A stretch of DNA of 63,277 nt, filler included, from Albugo candida (lineage: Eukaryota): assembly GCA_040437565.1 (NCBI GenBank). It is 25 parts of 25 records of this genome, joined end to end, with 100 filler letters (N's around TTAATTAATTAA, not from the genome) between each part and the next. Parts side by side here need not be neighbours in the genome. Positions count along the whole stretch, not along the records: positions 36,201 to 38,600 come from JBDOQK010000302.1; positions 38,701 to 41,099 come from JBDOQK010000303.1; positions 41,200 to 43,591 come from JBDOQK010000304.1; positions 43,692 to 46,074 come from JBDOQK010000305.1; positions 46,175 to 48,553 come from JBDOQK010000306.1; positions 48,654 to 51,020 come from JBDOQK010000307.1; 19 more parts are not named here. One strand, 5' to 3'. Every line of letters begins with the position of its first letter. Position 1 is the stretch's first letter. The notes beneath the pieces are model-generated. The model was not told where the DNA came from. It was given only the letters and a program-made list of their open reading frames with translations, and ran no database searches. Positions 36,101 through 49,312 of the stretch are shown piece by piece. The position numbers were made by a program, and so were the translations under genes.

Positions 36101-38700
36101 NNNNNNNNNNNNNNNNNNNNNNNNNNNNNNNNNNNNNNNNNNNNTTAATTAATTAANNNNNNNNNNNNNNNNNNNNNNNNNNNNNNNNNNNNNNNNNNNN
36201 GCATTCGGAATAAAAGCACAACTCCCGGACCTTTTTATAGAATTTATTCGATCGCTTTTTATTTTGTACGCAAATGTGAATGGTAGACTCATGTAAGTAG
36301 TGAGCAGCACTGCTCTACCGTGGACCATTGTTGGATAAATATGACATTCAGTCTTTTCAAAGAATCTCTGGGGCGCCGACCATATTGTGATTAAGGCGTT
36401 CAGAGCTGGATGCAGTAATTGACGTGCTGGGTTCTTTTACAGTCCTTGATGCTCCTGGAAAGGTCGAGCTGTTTCGACGGATGATTACGTTGATGATGAA
36501 TCCATTATACGATTGGGTGAGGTCGAAGAGGTCGAACATCTTACCGCAGGAGCCTTTTGAGTCTGATACTGATGGAAGAACGTCATACAATAGCGACTGG
36601 AAAATCAAGCCATTCTTTCCGTCAGCGGAAAAGGATCTGAAGAAAAGCCTAATCATAAACATGCAGTTTGTATCGTTCGAAAGCCGTTGTAACGACTAAA
36701 GACATTGCCTGTTCACATCAACTTAGCTCTCGAACGTCAGACTTTTGCCAGCGATCGGAAATATCCACTTTCATCCATTACGGGAATAATAAACGGTGTT
36801 GTGATCTTCATTCGACCCGATGTTGCTGGATTAGCGCTCTGGATAATCTATCAGTTTGATACGCTTATTTGTACGTATATTACAAGACTTGCGGAGCTCC
36901 AGTAGATCACAAAGCTATGGCTCCTGTAAATTTGACAGATGGAAAGCATACCTGATCGAATTTCATGAAATACAAAGTGTTCGTGGAGACCTTCAACAAA
37001 ATCACAACCCACTTTGCTAATGTTTATAAACATCAACCAGCTCGACTATCATGTAAGAAGTGGTACTTTGGTGCCATGGATACTTGGCGCCAACGTCATC
37101 GCCGCGAACAAAGCTCTGCTCACGTCAACCAAACAAGCCGACTCAATCAGATTTGCACTAAAGAGAGTCACAGCACTTGACTTTCGAAGGTTACTGATGC
37201 CAGTAGAAGATGATTCAAACACGACATGTACTGGCTTGTACGGATACTTTGACGTGATTGTGGTAGATGAAACAAATCAACCTATGACTACACAAGGGCA
37301 GCAGACAGCTTGAAGATGTCCAGTCTTCCTTGGTCGCATTATCCATGGAAATAGCTGATCATGAGTGGAACGCATCTGTTGCCAATGGTATGCATGGGAA
37401 TGTTGCCTAAAACTTGAAGATCCGGTGTAATGTGTAGCCATTTCAGGTCTTGTCATGATGAAGGCGCTAATGATGTGTACCCGAACAAACCTGTGACGCA
37501 CTGAAACGTATCGGAAATACAAACGATTACTGTCTCATCCGTGTCCAAAGCCATTGTAAGCTTGTCCTGAAGCCCCAAGATAGAAGCTGCTTACTATGCA
37601 GTCAAACAGAAAAAGCTTCCAAGCCTTTTATTTGCCCCTATGCTATTCCTCTCCACTCTACAGATTTCATAATGCGCCCAAGTTTCGCTTACGCATGTGA
37701 CTGCTTCATGATGCAAGAGCAATGAAAAGCATGCTTTCGAAGTAATTCTATAGGGTACCATCGTTATTGTCCTTGACAGCGACTTGACTGTGATGAGGGG
37801 AAAAAGTATGCTTCCATGAGCCTGCGATATGTTACGATGTTGGCAAATTGAGAATACTATTATACAACTTGGAAAGAAAAGGTGAAGCAACTGCACCAAA
37901 GAATATTTATATGCAGATTGGCACACACTTGGTGGATCACCCGCTATCAAATCATATATAGAATTCTTTCAAGATCGCAGGACACATCCAAGAGAACAGT
38001 GTGCCTGGGTATAGCTTGGCTAATTCAAGAGTTTGAATAGTGGTAGCATGGAGCAATAATGTCAAGCGCTACAAGGATACAACATCGCGAGCGGAGAGAC
38101 GGTATACCACAATTAATCAGTGGCTTCCCACGTCGAAGGACCGCTTCTCTGCTGTTAGTGTAAAGCGACCTCTTCCTTCAAGAAGATTTGGAAGCTACTT
38201 GGTGTTACGTAGCCTGAAAAGATTGGATTTATTTGCTTTAGCTGCAAATCAGCCGTGGGCTGTAAACCGAATGATGGACTGCAGTGATCCGGAAAATATT
38301 TCTTTTTCTCATATAAATGTAAAGCACTTTCCTGCTAGCAGTGTCAACAAGCATAGGTCATTGATGTTGAGAGTATGCGTGTCTGTAAGCACACCTTTAC
38401 AATCAACTGCGAAGTTCCTTGCTGTCGCATTGTCAGGAATATGCGTATTGCATGCGAGATTCTCACATTCAGGTTTCATCCATTTTGACTCGCATTGGTA
38501 TCTACACAATAAAGCACCACTGCAACCAGTAATACGCATTCCTACCTGTATACCAAGAGCCTCTGCTCGAACAAGACTGTATTGAGTCATGACGAATTCT
38601 NNNNNNNNNNNNNNNNNNNNNNNNNNNNNNNNNNNNNNNNNNNNTTAATTAATTAANNNNNNNNNNNNNNNNNNNNNNNNNNNNNNNNNNNNNNNNNNNN

Positions 38701-38787
38701 TACGGAATACCCATAGATTTATCATGGATCAGTGATAATGGAAGAGAATTCTCAAACTCAGTAATGGCATCATTAACACAAGCATTA
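38701..38787 (+). pseudogene. LTR-retrotransposon integrase core fragment, interrupted by a Harbinger insertion
   Basis: YGIPIDLSWISDNGREFSNSVMASLTQAL (rve SDNG.EF motif) ends abruptly at TTA. Confidence 0.75.
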
Positions 38788-39012
38788 GACGCTCACGTAG
38801 TCGGTCCCAAAATTTTTTAAAAAATAATTTTTACAATAAAAATCAATTTTAGGATATATTTGGAAATGGTTTTGTGCAACAGAAATTGCTGTGACTGCTC
38901 ACAGGTACCCCGATTATTTTCCAATTTACTAAACTAAAGGGCATGATTTCGCGTAAATTTTGAAAAAATACTTTTCTTTTATTACTTTTACATTATAATA
39001 TTATACTTTGAA

Positions 39013-40669
39013 ATGCAAAACGATAACAACAACAACAACATAGTAGACACCTTTGACTACGATAAATTAACAAAGGCTTTAATTATTTATCAACAAATAA
39101 TGGAAAACATGCACGAATGGCAAGAGCACAACCGTCAAGAAGTCGTCCGAGTCAATAAGAGAAAAAGAATGTCAATTGAGAATTCAACAAACTTTGCTCA
39201 ACTCTTGACTATTTACTATCAAAGACATATGCAGAGAACATTAGAGGATACTCTTCTTATTAATGAGGATATTTTCTTTTCTATTTATATGGGAAGTTTT
39301 ACTCATCTTGAGGCCACTCCAGTTAGAAGACAAGTTGGTGGAAGAGACGCTGACTGGTGGCGCATCACTCACCCTTTTTTGAAAGACATGCCCCGCCTCG
39401 ATCATTATGGTAGAATTGTTAGAGAGTCTACGTTTAAGGAGCATTACCGTATCACCAAGTATACTTTTGAGTTGTTGGTAAACTTGTTGTGCCTCTCTGA
39501 TGCCTACAAAGGTACAGTTGAAAGATCTTCCGCTTGGCCTGTTTGGAAGCAAGTAGCTATTATTATTTGGAGATTCTCAAACACCCACTTTGGATACAGA
39601 ATGGCTAAAGACAAATTCAGTGTAGGACACGGCTCTTATAATGAATTTACCGATCGTTTCTCCACCGCCATGACTAACGACATTCTACCATTGGTAATCA
39701 AATGGCCAACAACAGTTGAGGAGACTAGAAAGATTGCTGATGGATTTGCAAAACCTAGTAGTAAGGACAACGAACATTTGAAGGACGTCATTGGAGCAAT
39801 TGATGGAAAGCTTGTGTAGATCCATAAACCAAAGAAGAAGGACGATGGTGACAAGTACGCAGATCGCAAGAATCACATTAGTATGAGTTTGATGGCTGTT
39901 TGTGATGATCGTAAAAGGTTTATCAACATTTTGACTGGTATACCTGGTAGTCTTCATGACTCAAGAATATTCAAAATGAGTAACCTTTACTCTGATCTTT
40001 TCTACGACGGTGCAGCCACTTGTTTGGATGGTACGTACATTATAGGAGGTAGGTCAATTAATTAATACCATAATACATCTTTTCTAATCCTATTTTTATT
40101 AAAAAGATGCAGCCTATCCTTTGTTACCTCAAATGTTGGTCCCTTTTATTAACAATGGTACATTGAATAACCAACAAAAACGCTTCAATAAGGTGCAATC
40201 CTCTACCAGACAGAAAATTGAGAACACCTTTTCCCTTTTGGTTAGTAGATGGAGATTTCTTTACAAACATGTGTACTTAGAAGACGTCGCTAGAATTACC
40301 GACGCAATCACCACTTGTTGTGTCTTGCATAATTTATGTATTGATGGCGGCGACTCCCTCGAGCAATATAGTAACCCTTCACGATTTACACAATTCCAAG
40401 AAGAGGATAATCAAGACGGTGGAGAATTTGTTGTGTCAGGTTTAAGAGAAGGTGAAGAAGAGCTTCATTTGGAAGAACATGATGAACAAGTCGACGAAGA
40501 TGACGATGGAGGAGCTGTTGATAATGAAGTTGGTGCAGGCGCTGGAACACTCGCTCGTGATATGGGCAATCCGTTGAACTTTACTTCAGTCAGACAGTTT
40601 GATGCTTATCAACGTCAATTAAGAGCAAGGGCAGTTATCAAAAGAAACGATATAATGCAAAGTCTTTAG
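39013..40669 (+). pseudogene. PIF/Harbinger transposase with one premature stop
   Basis: FKEHYRITK, VIGAIDGKLV*, PGSLHDSRIF, IIG|DAAYP (intron 40049-40106), STRQKIENTFSLLVSRWR, CCVLHNLC. The frame is continuous across TAG 39817-39819. Confidence 0.92.
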
Positions 40670-40767
40670 AGCTGTAGCCGTTATACGATTAGGATTCAAT
40701 AAATGTCAATTTGGTAAATGTATCTTTTTATTTTTATAGTTAAGATTTTATTATAGATCACTTAGAT

Positions 40768-41099
40768 TTAATTAGGGTCGTTGTTGCCATTCAAGAATCT
40801 CAATAAACCTTCGGTGAGTTTTTTGCTATTTTCAAGCATCGCTTGCTCTCTTTCAGCTCTTTTCTTACGTTCCTCTTTCTCTTCATCTTCCCATTGAATT
40901 TCTCTTTGTCGTTTAGCAGCACGCTCTTCAGGAGTACCCAACAACATTGTCAAGAACTTTTCTTGTTCGGCAGCGCTATCATTTTTTGCTTGCTCACGCA
41001 TTGATTTCATTTGATCCAACATCTGTTGAAAGTTACTGGATCTAGGAGCAGGTGTAGCAGGTGTAGTGGCAGGAGCAGGTGTAGTGGCAGGAGCAGGTG
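40768..41099 (-). CDS. C-terminus of the Harbinger Myb/SANT partner protein (truncated)
   Basis: Convergent with the transposase. LLGTPEERAAKRQRE..MLENSKKLTEGLLRFL parallels LFGTAEEITEKRRRK..MLEIQEKTSEAFINYL in 26333..27931. Confidence 0.75.
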
Positions 41100-41199
41100 N
41101 NNNNNNNNNNNNNNNNNNNNNNNNNNNNNNNNNNNNNNNNNNNTTAATTAATTAANNNNNNNNNNNNNNNNNNNNNNNNNNNNNNNNNNNNNNNNNNNN

Positions 41200-43591
41200 C
41201 TGCTGCTAATAATGCTGTTGCCACTAATACGACTACTGCTACTGAGGGTAGTGCCACGTTGACTTTTGGGGAAATTACGGTGCCTGTGATTCCAGTGAAT
41301 AATGAGGCGAATGGCATTACGTTGAGTAATGAGGCTTCTAGTCATGATGATAGTAATGAGACTATCGATGATCATGAGGATGAAGAGGCTGTGGACGATG
41401 AAGATGTTAAGATGAGTGCTGTCGATAGTGATGACGGTACGGATTCTTCTTCCTCTCTAAGCAGTGAAGAAACAGATGATATGGAAGTTGAGTCTTCCTT
41501 GAGTGACCCTGTAATTAATTCTTCGAATTTAGGAAATAATAGTAAGGGCAAAGACTCTAACCTTGTTTCGGGCAAGGATAACAAGAGTGAGAACCTAGTA
41601 TCTTTGGAGTCAATCAGTGAACATGTGTCAGTTGCTGAAACTCGGGTTGGTCAATTAATGATCAAATTAACTTTGTTGAACGCGGCTGATCCCAATAGCG
41701 AAGAAGCTGCACAGGTTCGCGGGTTATTCAACCAGGAGTCCAAGGATCTTGAAGCTATGCTCAAGGTCTTAAAGGCTATGAAAGAGAGAAAAGAGTCTTG
41801 GGTTGGGGCCAAAGATAAGGTACCTAATAATATTCCTAAATTGCAATGGGTCGGATGTAAATTCGATAGTAATAGCGTAGTATTTTCTGATGCTAATGAC
41901 GCTTTACGAAAGTATAGGGACGTAATGATTATGCATGGATTGAGCCCTGATAATCATTGGAAAAGATTGTTGCCTGCAGTCTTGAGTCAAGAATTAAGTG
42001 ACCGAATGGAAGATATCCCTGATACGGTAAAGACCTGGAAGCAATTTCATGTTCATTTCTTGAATACGGTTGGCGTTGATAATCATGAAGAACGTCAACA
42101 AGCGTATATGGAATTGTTGGAAATTTCTATGACTCGTGCTGAAACGTTAGAAAACTATATAGATAAGTTTTTTCAGTTGAAGAGACGTTCTAAGGTAAAG
42201 GACAGTAGTATTATCACCGACAGATTTGTTAAGGGCTTGCAAGAAGAGCTGAAGAATAAGGTATCTGATACCATTGATAGTTGGTCAAGTAAGAAAAGAT
42301 CAAACTTTTCTAAGGTTTTGCAATTCGTCAAACGTGTAAACAAACGGGTTGAAAAGAAAACCGACAATGGGGTGGTCAAGGGATCATCAAATGAAAAGGC
42401 TAAGAAAGAATGGCAAGATTTTAGCAAATCAAACGGGGCCAACAAGCAAGCAGGCAAGGAACGTGAAGGAAAGAGTTCTTTCCAAGAAAGAAAAGAAAGA
42501 CTTCAACGTTTGAAGCAGCAAGGACGTTGTTTCACTTGTGAAAAGGATTATGTACCAGGCAAGCATGTTTGTGAAGGAAAGGACAAACAAGGAAAGCTTT
42601 CCTTTAAAAGCATGAGAAGAAGTAAGCATAAGAATAATAAAATTGATAACTTATTATTGGAATCTAACTTACCTCTTTCAAAGGATAATGTTTCCGACAT
42701 AGTGCCCATTACTTTGGATGGGAATAGGCTATATGCATTTGTGGATAATGCTGCTGATTTTAGTTCTATTCATCCCCGCATTTTTAAATTGTTTAATAAA
42801 AGTAAATTTGTAAAAAATAATATTGGTACTGTTAGTTTGGCATATCGTAAAGCTAAGGAGGTTGATCGTGTTGGTCAATTTAATAACATTGATGTATTAT
42901 ATAATGGAATTAGCGTGAAACACGATTTTGAATTGTTTGATTTTAATTCAGATGCTGATGTTTGCATTGGTAGAGATCTGATGCCGCAAATAAATATTTG
43001 TATGACTGGATTGGCTACTTCTTGGGATCTATATGAACCAGTAGAAGAAGATCCAATTGATGCGTCTGTTCTTGAAGAAGATAATACTGGTAATAATTAT
43101 GATGCTGGTACTAAAGAGGAAAGAGAACACATGATGCGTGAGATACAACCGTTATTGGATGATAATGCTAAGATTCCTATTACATCCTGTTGTACGTTAC
43201 CTGGGGCTGAGGTTGAGTTGCATATTGATGAATCGAAGTATCAGTTTCGTCGACAATATCCAATCCCTCACGCATATCAACAACCAGTGGATGATCAAGT
43301 AAAGACTTGGTTAAAAGATGGTGTAATTGCTGAGGCAGATGAGAATGATGCTAAATGTTATCAAAGCCCTCTACTTGCTGTCAGAAAAAAGGATCTAAAT
43401 GGAGAATATGGTAAAAAGATTAGAGTTGTATTGGATATACGTTCGATTAATGAAGTACTTATCCCGTCGTCAATCTGTAAGTTCCAGTTGCCATTAATTT
43501 CGGATTTACACCAGCGTATGTCGGGTAAACAATTGTTCAGTGTTCTAGACTTAACACAATGTTACCATCGTTTTCCTATGCATAAAAATTC
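41200..43591 (+). mobile_element. Ty3/Gypsy gag-pol single ORF: gag, protease, RT N-terminus (both ends truncated)
   Basis: CFTCEKDYVPGKHVC; protease AFVDNAADFSSI and DVCIGRD; RT RRQYPIP, YQSPLLAVRKK, IRVVLDIRSIN, FSVLDLTQCYHRFPM. Confidence 0.93.
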
Positions 43592-43691
43592 NNNNNNNNN
43601 NNNNNNNNNNNNNNNNNNNNNNNNNNNNNNNNNNNTTAATTAATTAANNNNNNNNNNNNNNNNNNNNNNNNNNNNNNNNNNNNNNNNNNNN

Positions 43692-46074
43692 TGGAGGCAA
43701 TCTAGGGCGACATTTGGGTTTAGGTTCAATAATGTAAAAGTGATTTCCGAAAAGTTGGAGAAGAATGGGCTTAAGACGCTCGGGATGTCCATGGTAGGGT
43801 AAAAAAGTAGAGTGCGATTTTGTATAATTGTTGAAAAAGCAAATAGCTACGTTGAAAGTATCAGCAGCTAATTGACAGCATTCAGGAAAAGCGAAATATA
43901 GATGCTCATCGGTAGCGTCTTTAGCATGTGTAACTAAAATTTGTTCCAAGTGCAAATATGTACCTGAAACGTACATACCTCGGTCGTTCTTAGTCTCTAC
44001 AGTACGCAAAATACTTTTATAAAATACCTGGTATTTACGAAGGTGATTTACCATTTTTTCCTTAACATCCTCCCATTTGTTTTCATCGTTGAACAGGGAG
44101 TAAGCTAAACAACGATAACCACAGTTACCATCACCTCTTGGGTCGTAATGCCTGGAGTACTGTTGTTGCTTAACGAAAGGCAACGGCAAAGGAACAGAAG
44201 TGGTAAACTTGTACTTGTTAGGGACAGCTGGTTTTTCAATATTTTTTTTGGGGGTTTCTACTTTATGAATTGTTTTTTTTTCAATGTTTTCTTGCTTTTT
44301 TTGTTGTTTTTGTTCTTTTTCTATTTCTTTTTGTTGGTGCTCGTAAGCAACCAATTTTCTTTTTGTACTTCTTCTTCCTTTCAACGACTCAACAACATCA
44401 GGAGGCAAGGTGTTCTTCAACTCTTCATTGGAGTTGCCGTGAAGTTGGACTATCTTTTCAAGATCTAAAAGAAAAGCTTCTTTTTGTTGACTTGACATCA
44501 AGTTGATTCCAATTTGGTTAAGAATCTCCAACTGAAGCTGATGTTCCTGAATTGGTGCTTTAGTTACTACCGAGTCAGGCAAAACAGGGTTGACGTTGTT
44601 TTCTGCCATTTGAGATACAGTTGCGACTAATAAAGTAATTGTAATAATATTTAACATCATAAACATAGTTTTATATGACTTCAACTAATATACTACTAAC
44701 CTTTTCCTTTGACGTAGGATATTCTCCATCGTTGGTGAACAGCTTCCAATGGTATCAAGCCTTCATACTTTGCAAGAACGTGTCTACAAGGTATTCTATA
44801 GTTTCTTTTTAAAGTACAAAGGCAAGGAGTACCATTAGGAGCATGCGAAGTGTCATTTGGCTTTTTCAACAATGCTTCAGCAAGTTCTTTTTTAATGTTC
44901 TCAAACGCGTAACTGGTAACGTTGCCGCGAAGAAGGTTCAAACGATGTCTGAATGAATCACCAGCAAGACTAGGCTCCTCAGAAATAGCTTCACTTCCCA
45001 ATTGCATGTTTCTGTAGTCCTCCTACGAGATTGTATTATGTTATTCAATTAATAAATATTGTCAATAACCTAAAGTTCAAATGAATTTTTCGTTACCCTT
45101 TCTTTTTCCCAAATGTTAATTTTTTGAGTAACAAGAGAAAGACGTCCTGACGAAGTAGCATTATGCGACTTCTCTGCAGAATGAGTAGATTCAACCCTGT
45201 TTGATGTACGATTACCCATGTGAAGATATCTATTGACATAGAAACCAACCCAGTATTGAATAACGTCTTTTTCAAGCATACTATAAAATAAAATCGTTAG
45301 GTCTTTTATTGAGCATCACGCAACATTAATTGACAATAGTTTTACCTATTCAAATATTTGCTCATCGTTTCTTTTCCTTGTTCGATGCAAATATTTTCTT
45401 GTTTGAAAAAAGCATGATATTTTTCTACAGCTTCTTTAAATTGCTCTTTGTTTTTACATTTCAAAGCCATTTCTGCAATGATTTTTTTGAAATCGTTTTC
45501 TAAACCAGGAAGAATGCTCTCTAAAAAATCACATTAGTACAATTGCATATTATCATTTGTTATTACCACAGAAATCTATAATAAAATTACCTTTCTTTGC
45601 TTGTTTAGTTAGTACAGACTTCATCTTCAAAACAAAGTTTTTCATGATATGAAGGTAGCATAAAACTTGATTGCTTTCAGGAAACACAGTTTTAATTGCT
45701 TTCATAAGCGCTTTCTCTTTGTCAGTTACAAAGCAATTAGGCAACGCAGAAACAGGAAGCTCAGGGGACCAAACCACATCTCTAAAGCTTTGTAGAGCCC
45801 AAATGTAGCGAGACGTAGTCTCAGCACTCATCCAACAGCCAGCTACAGGGATTGTGGCCAGCTGTTCTCCCTTGTTGCGTGATCTTACTGTTGAAGCAAC
45901 AACAAAGTTCAACAACACCATGCGGTGACTGTTCGTCTTGTAGGTGGCATCGATTACAACGCACTCGGGTAATCTTCTTACCTCTGCAACAGCATTCTTG
46001 TGGATAAAAAATACAGCACAAATCTTGTTATCGTCGTCGGTAGTGTAACGAACAGTATACTTTTTGCTCTCCAA
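43692..46074 (-). mobile_element. MULE transposase fused to a C-terminal OTU-like cysteine protease, multi-exon, truncated
   Basis: VVIDATYKTN, FVTDKEKAL, LCYLH, TSNRVESTH, CLC..YRIPCRH. Intron 44700-44627 links in frame to DPRGDGNCGYRCLA..FGNHFY. Confidence 0.9.
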
Positions 46075-48653
46075 NNNNNNNNNNNNNNNNNNNNNNNNNN
46101 NNNNNNNNNNNNNNNNNNTTAATTAATTAANNNNNNNNNNNNNNNNNNNNNNNNNNNNNNNNNNNNNNNNNNNNGAGCAACACGTGAATGTGATCAGAGG
46201 ACCACCACTACACATCAATCAATGCCTCCGCATTCACATTTCTTTTCGAATGAAAGAAATACGGAAACCAGATTTACGTACAATCGCATCATCAAACCGA
46301 GACGCAGTAAGAACGAGATAGCTTGACTTCTGTTTTGGCGAACAGATTTCGGCTCAGCAGACTGACCAGTCTGTATTTACCCACTATATTATTCATTTCT
46401 TGAGGCCGTGAAGAACTTGACTAGGCGATTGTATATGATTTTGCCCGTGTGTAATGACAGCTTATATCACGAAAGGTACTACCATAATTCCTCTAACAGC
46501 ATTATAGGATGTGGTCAATACACGGACGAATGCCCACTGAAGCTCCAAAAGCTATCCTCAACGGGATTGAGCGGTACATAGGCAATGAGATGTACAACTT
46601 TGCAGAAAAAATCATTCGCCGAGTAGACTGAATAAAGAAAGCAACCGTGAAGCCACCCATCAAACGACGACCGACAAGGTCCTAAACCCCGCAATAAATA
46701 CTGAAGGTAAGACGGATCACGTGTACTCGGATGCATTGTATATGGGCATGTAGATTACTCAAGTCACCGGAATAGAAGCTCTTGTCACGTGCTTTGCTTC
46801 CAGGATCATCAATATGGTCGTCTTTTAGTAATCAAAACATCAATAGTTAACTCTTTGATGGTACGTTTAGCAATGTGACCGAAATTCAAGTCAGCTTTCG
46901 GTATGCCCGGGGTTTCTGGATGTTGTATTTCTCATTCATCGCACAATAGAGCAACAAAATATGAGTGCTCGGAATTATCAGACATTGCATTTCACGGCAC
47001 TCTTTACGCACAAGAACTCCATTCGTTTTATAGAGGCCTTCATACATAACGGATATGCAAATAAAGTGACGTGATTTTGAGCATGATGATAAAAGCAGCA
47101 CTTGAAGCTAATATACAGGTGCCGACGATAGTGAACATCCGCTATCCCTGAATGGAGTGGAGTTGAGGACGTACTATCGCATGGTTTAGAAATATAACCG
47201 GAAATCATGCGGCTAGTGATTACCCTTTGACTCTAACATGTAAGACGTGTGACACTACTTCGAATAAGTACAGCAATGACAGGGAATTTTCCACTCACGA
47301 CTAAGAGCGTCAGCTGAATAATTTTGAAACTCGTACCGACAATTCAAGCCTAAATTATCACCTCATCGCTGTGTGCGTATTGACATGAGTTGGTGTTTTT
47401 GTCACATGAGGAACTAACGTTAGCAGATAGCGCTTCTCGAGTCAAACAATATCGAGGCCTCTTTGTTGAATAGAATCACAATGCGACCCAGCAACGCGCC
47501 GAGTACATGTCATAAAGTCGATCCAAACAAAAAACGTGACGTAAACAGAGAGAGCGCTTGGTGGCATGACACAGCTCTCCAGTTCTGACGTGCTATATGT
47601 TTGCTCAATTCATGCCTATTCGACCAAGTTCATGCAAATTTCTCAATGTACTAATGGCATGCATATCATTTCGCCCACATAGTACTACCGCACGTCACAT
47701 AGGCTGCATCGCACCGATATTGATGAAATGCTGGTGGCCTATATGAGCATTAACCCTTTCAATCAAAGAGAGAGCGCACGGAGTCTTAGTTCTGAAATCC
47801 TTCTATCAGCTGATTTGAGTGTGGGATCATTATCAAACTGAACGAGTAGGGAGGAACCAAGGGTGCCTTTACCTTCACCAAGGGTGGTGAGGAACGAATA
47901 AGTGGAGGCTAGAGCAATACTAGACCAAGACCGATTGGTTGAACTCATAGCTGGATGTGTCCAAGTTTCGAATCAAAGATGTATGCGCGCTTACCAAGCT
48001 GTGATGAGCAAGTCCCGATGATTCTTCCACGCTATTCCAGTAGTTTTCGAATCTGGCAAGACATCGTCAGAGATGTTACGGAAACTTTCTGTCTCAAAAA
48101 TCTTTATTGCGCATCAAAGACTATTTTGATGCGCATTATAGAGAATATTCGTATGCGCTGCTATCTTCCAGCCTGGTGCTCCAGTATATACCACCTCGCA
48201 AGCGCATTGAGAATGACGTGACCAACATCACTAGTCCGAATATGTTGTGTAAGAAAACACTTCAAGTGTTGTAGCGTTCAAGACGATGCTTGAAACTCTC
48301 TATATGTGTGCGCTTTATACGAATCCCTGTAACCAGTATGGCGAAGATTTCATGCTCGATCGTAGTCTTATCGTACTCACTGGTCTCCTGCAGTCATCCA
48401 TCGTGCCGCTAACAGCATCCTATACAAGCCTGGCCGGAATCAATTAGAGAACCCCATGCAAATGGTCAAGAAATTTAGCTGTCCGCAAGAACACTTGTTT
48501 TCATCTCGCCGAGAAAGACTTTGTCCTTCAGAAGCACGAAAGATTTGGTTGTCNNNNNNNNNNNNNNNNNNNNNNNNNNNNNNNNNNNNNNNNNNNNTTA
48601 ATTAATTAANNNNNNNNNNNNNNNNNNNNNNNNNNNNNNNNNNNNNNNNNNNN

Positions 48654-48929
48654 ATTGAAGCTATTGAACATGTGGCTACTGATCCTATTGAACCTATTGA
48701 ACCTATTGAAGCTATTGAACATGTGGCTACTGATCCTATTGAACCTATTGAACCTATTGAAGCTATTGAACATGTGGCTACTGATCCTATTGAACCTATT
48801 GAACCTATTGAAGCTATTGAACATGTGGTTACTGATCCTATTGAACCTATTGTATCTGTTGAGCCCGTACCTGAATTTGTACCTGAACCTATTGAACCTA
48901 TTGAGCCTGTTAAATCAGCACAATGTTAG
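48654..48929 (+). CDS. C-terminal fragment of an acidic Pro/Glu repeat protein (51-bp, 17-aa tandem unit)
   Basis: (ATDPIEPIEPIEAIEHV)n, about 4 copies, ending KSAQC* and followed by AT-rich sequence with AATAAA. Confidence 0.6.
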   Translation: MEAIEHVATDPIEPIEPIEAIEHVATDPIEPIEPIEAIEHVATDPIEPIEPIEAIEHVVTDPIEPIVSVEPVPEFVPEPIEPIEPVKSAQC

Positions 48930-49312
48930 TTAAAAATATTCTATGTTTGTTGTATATTTTTTAAATAAATGTAATATTGGTGTAATATTGTTTAAACTTT
49001 TTATATAATTGTGTAATATTATTCAAAAATCTACAATATTTGTCTAATATTAGTTACAAACTCAGATTATTTGCATAATATTATCCAAAAACTATAATAC
49101 TTGTCCAATATTGATCAAAAACAAAAGATATTTGCGTAATAATAATTGAAAAAATAAAATGGTACTCTAATATTCGCTTTATAATAACTAAGTATTATAT
49201 TTGAGCTTTATGTTGTTCTACTTACTTTAATCCTCAGCTTCAATCTAGCAAAAAGCTACTTTTGATTTTTGGGTTTGGGAAGAATTTTATTACAAAACAT
49301 TGTCTTAAGAAT

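Noticed and set aside
36400-37320. Possible UPF1/DNA2-like helicase relic (ANVIAAN, FDVIVVDE)
   Set aside because: Only a motif-II-like word is present; no Walker A, and the frames are fragmented.
47760-48553. Possible Ty1/copia RT relic (FCLKNLY..ILMRI)
   Set aside because: Resemblance is too weak and no YVDD motif was found.
48606-48933. ORFs MFNSFNRF.. and MKLLNMWL..
   Set aside because: Shadow frames of the 51-bp repeat.
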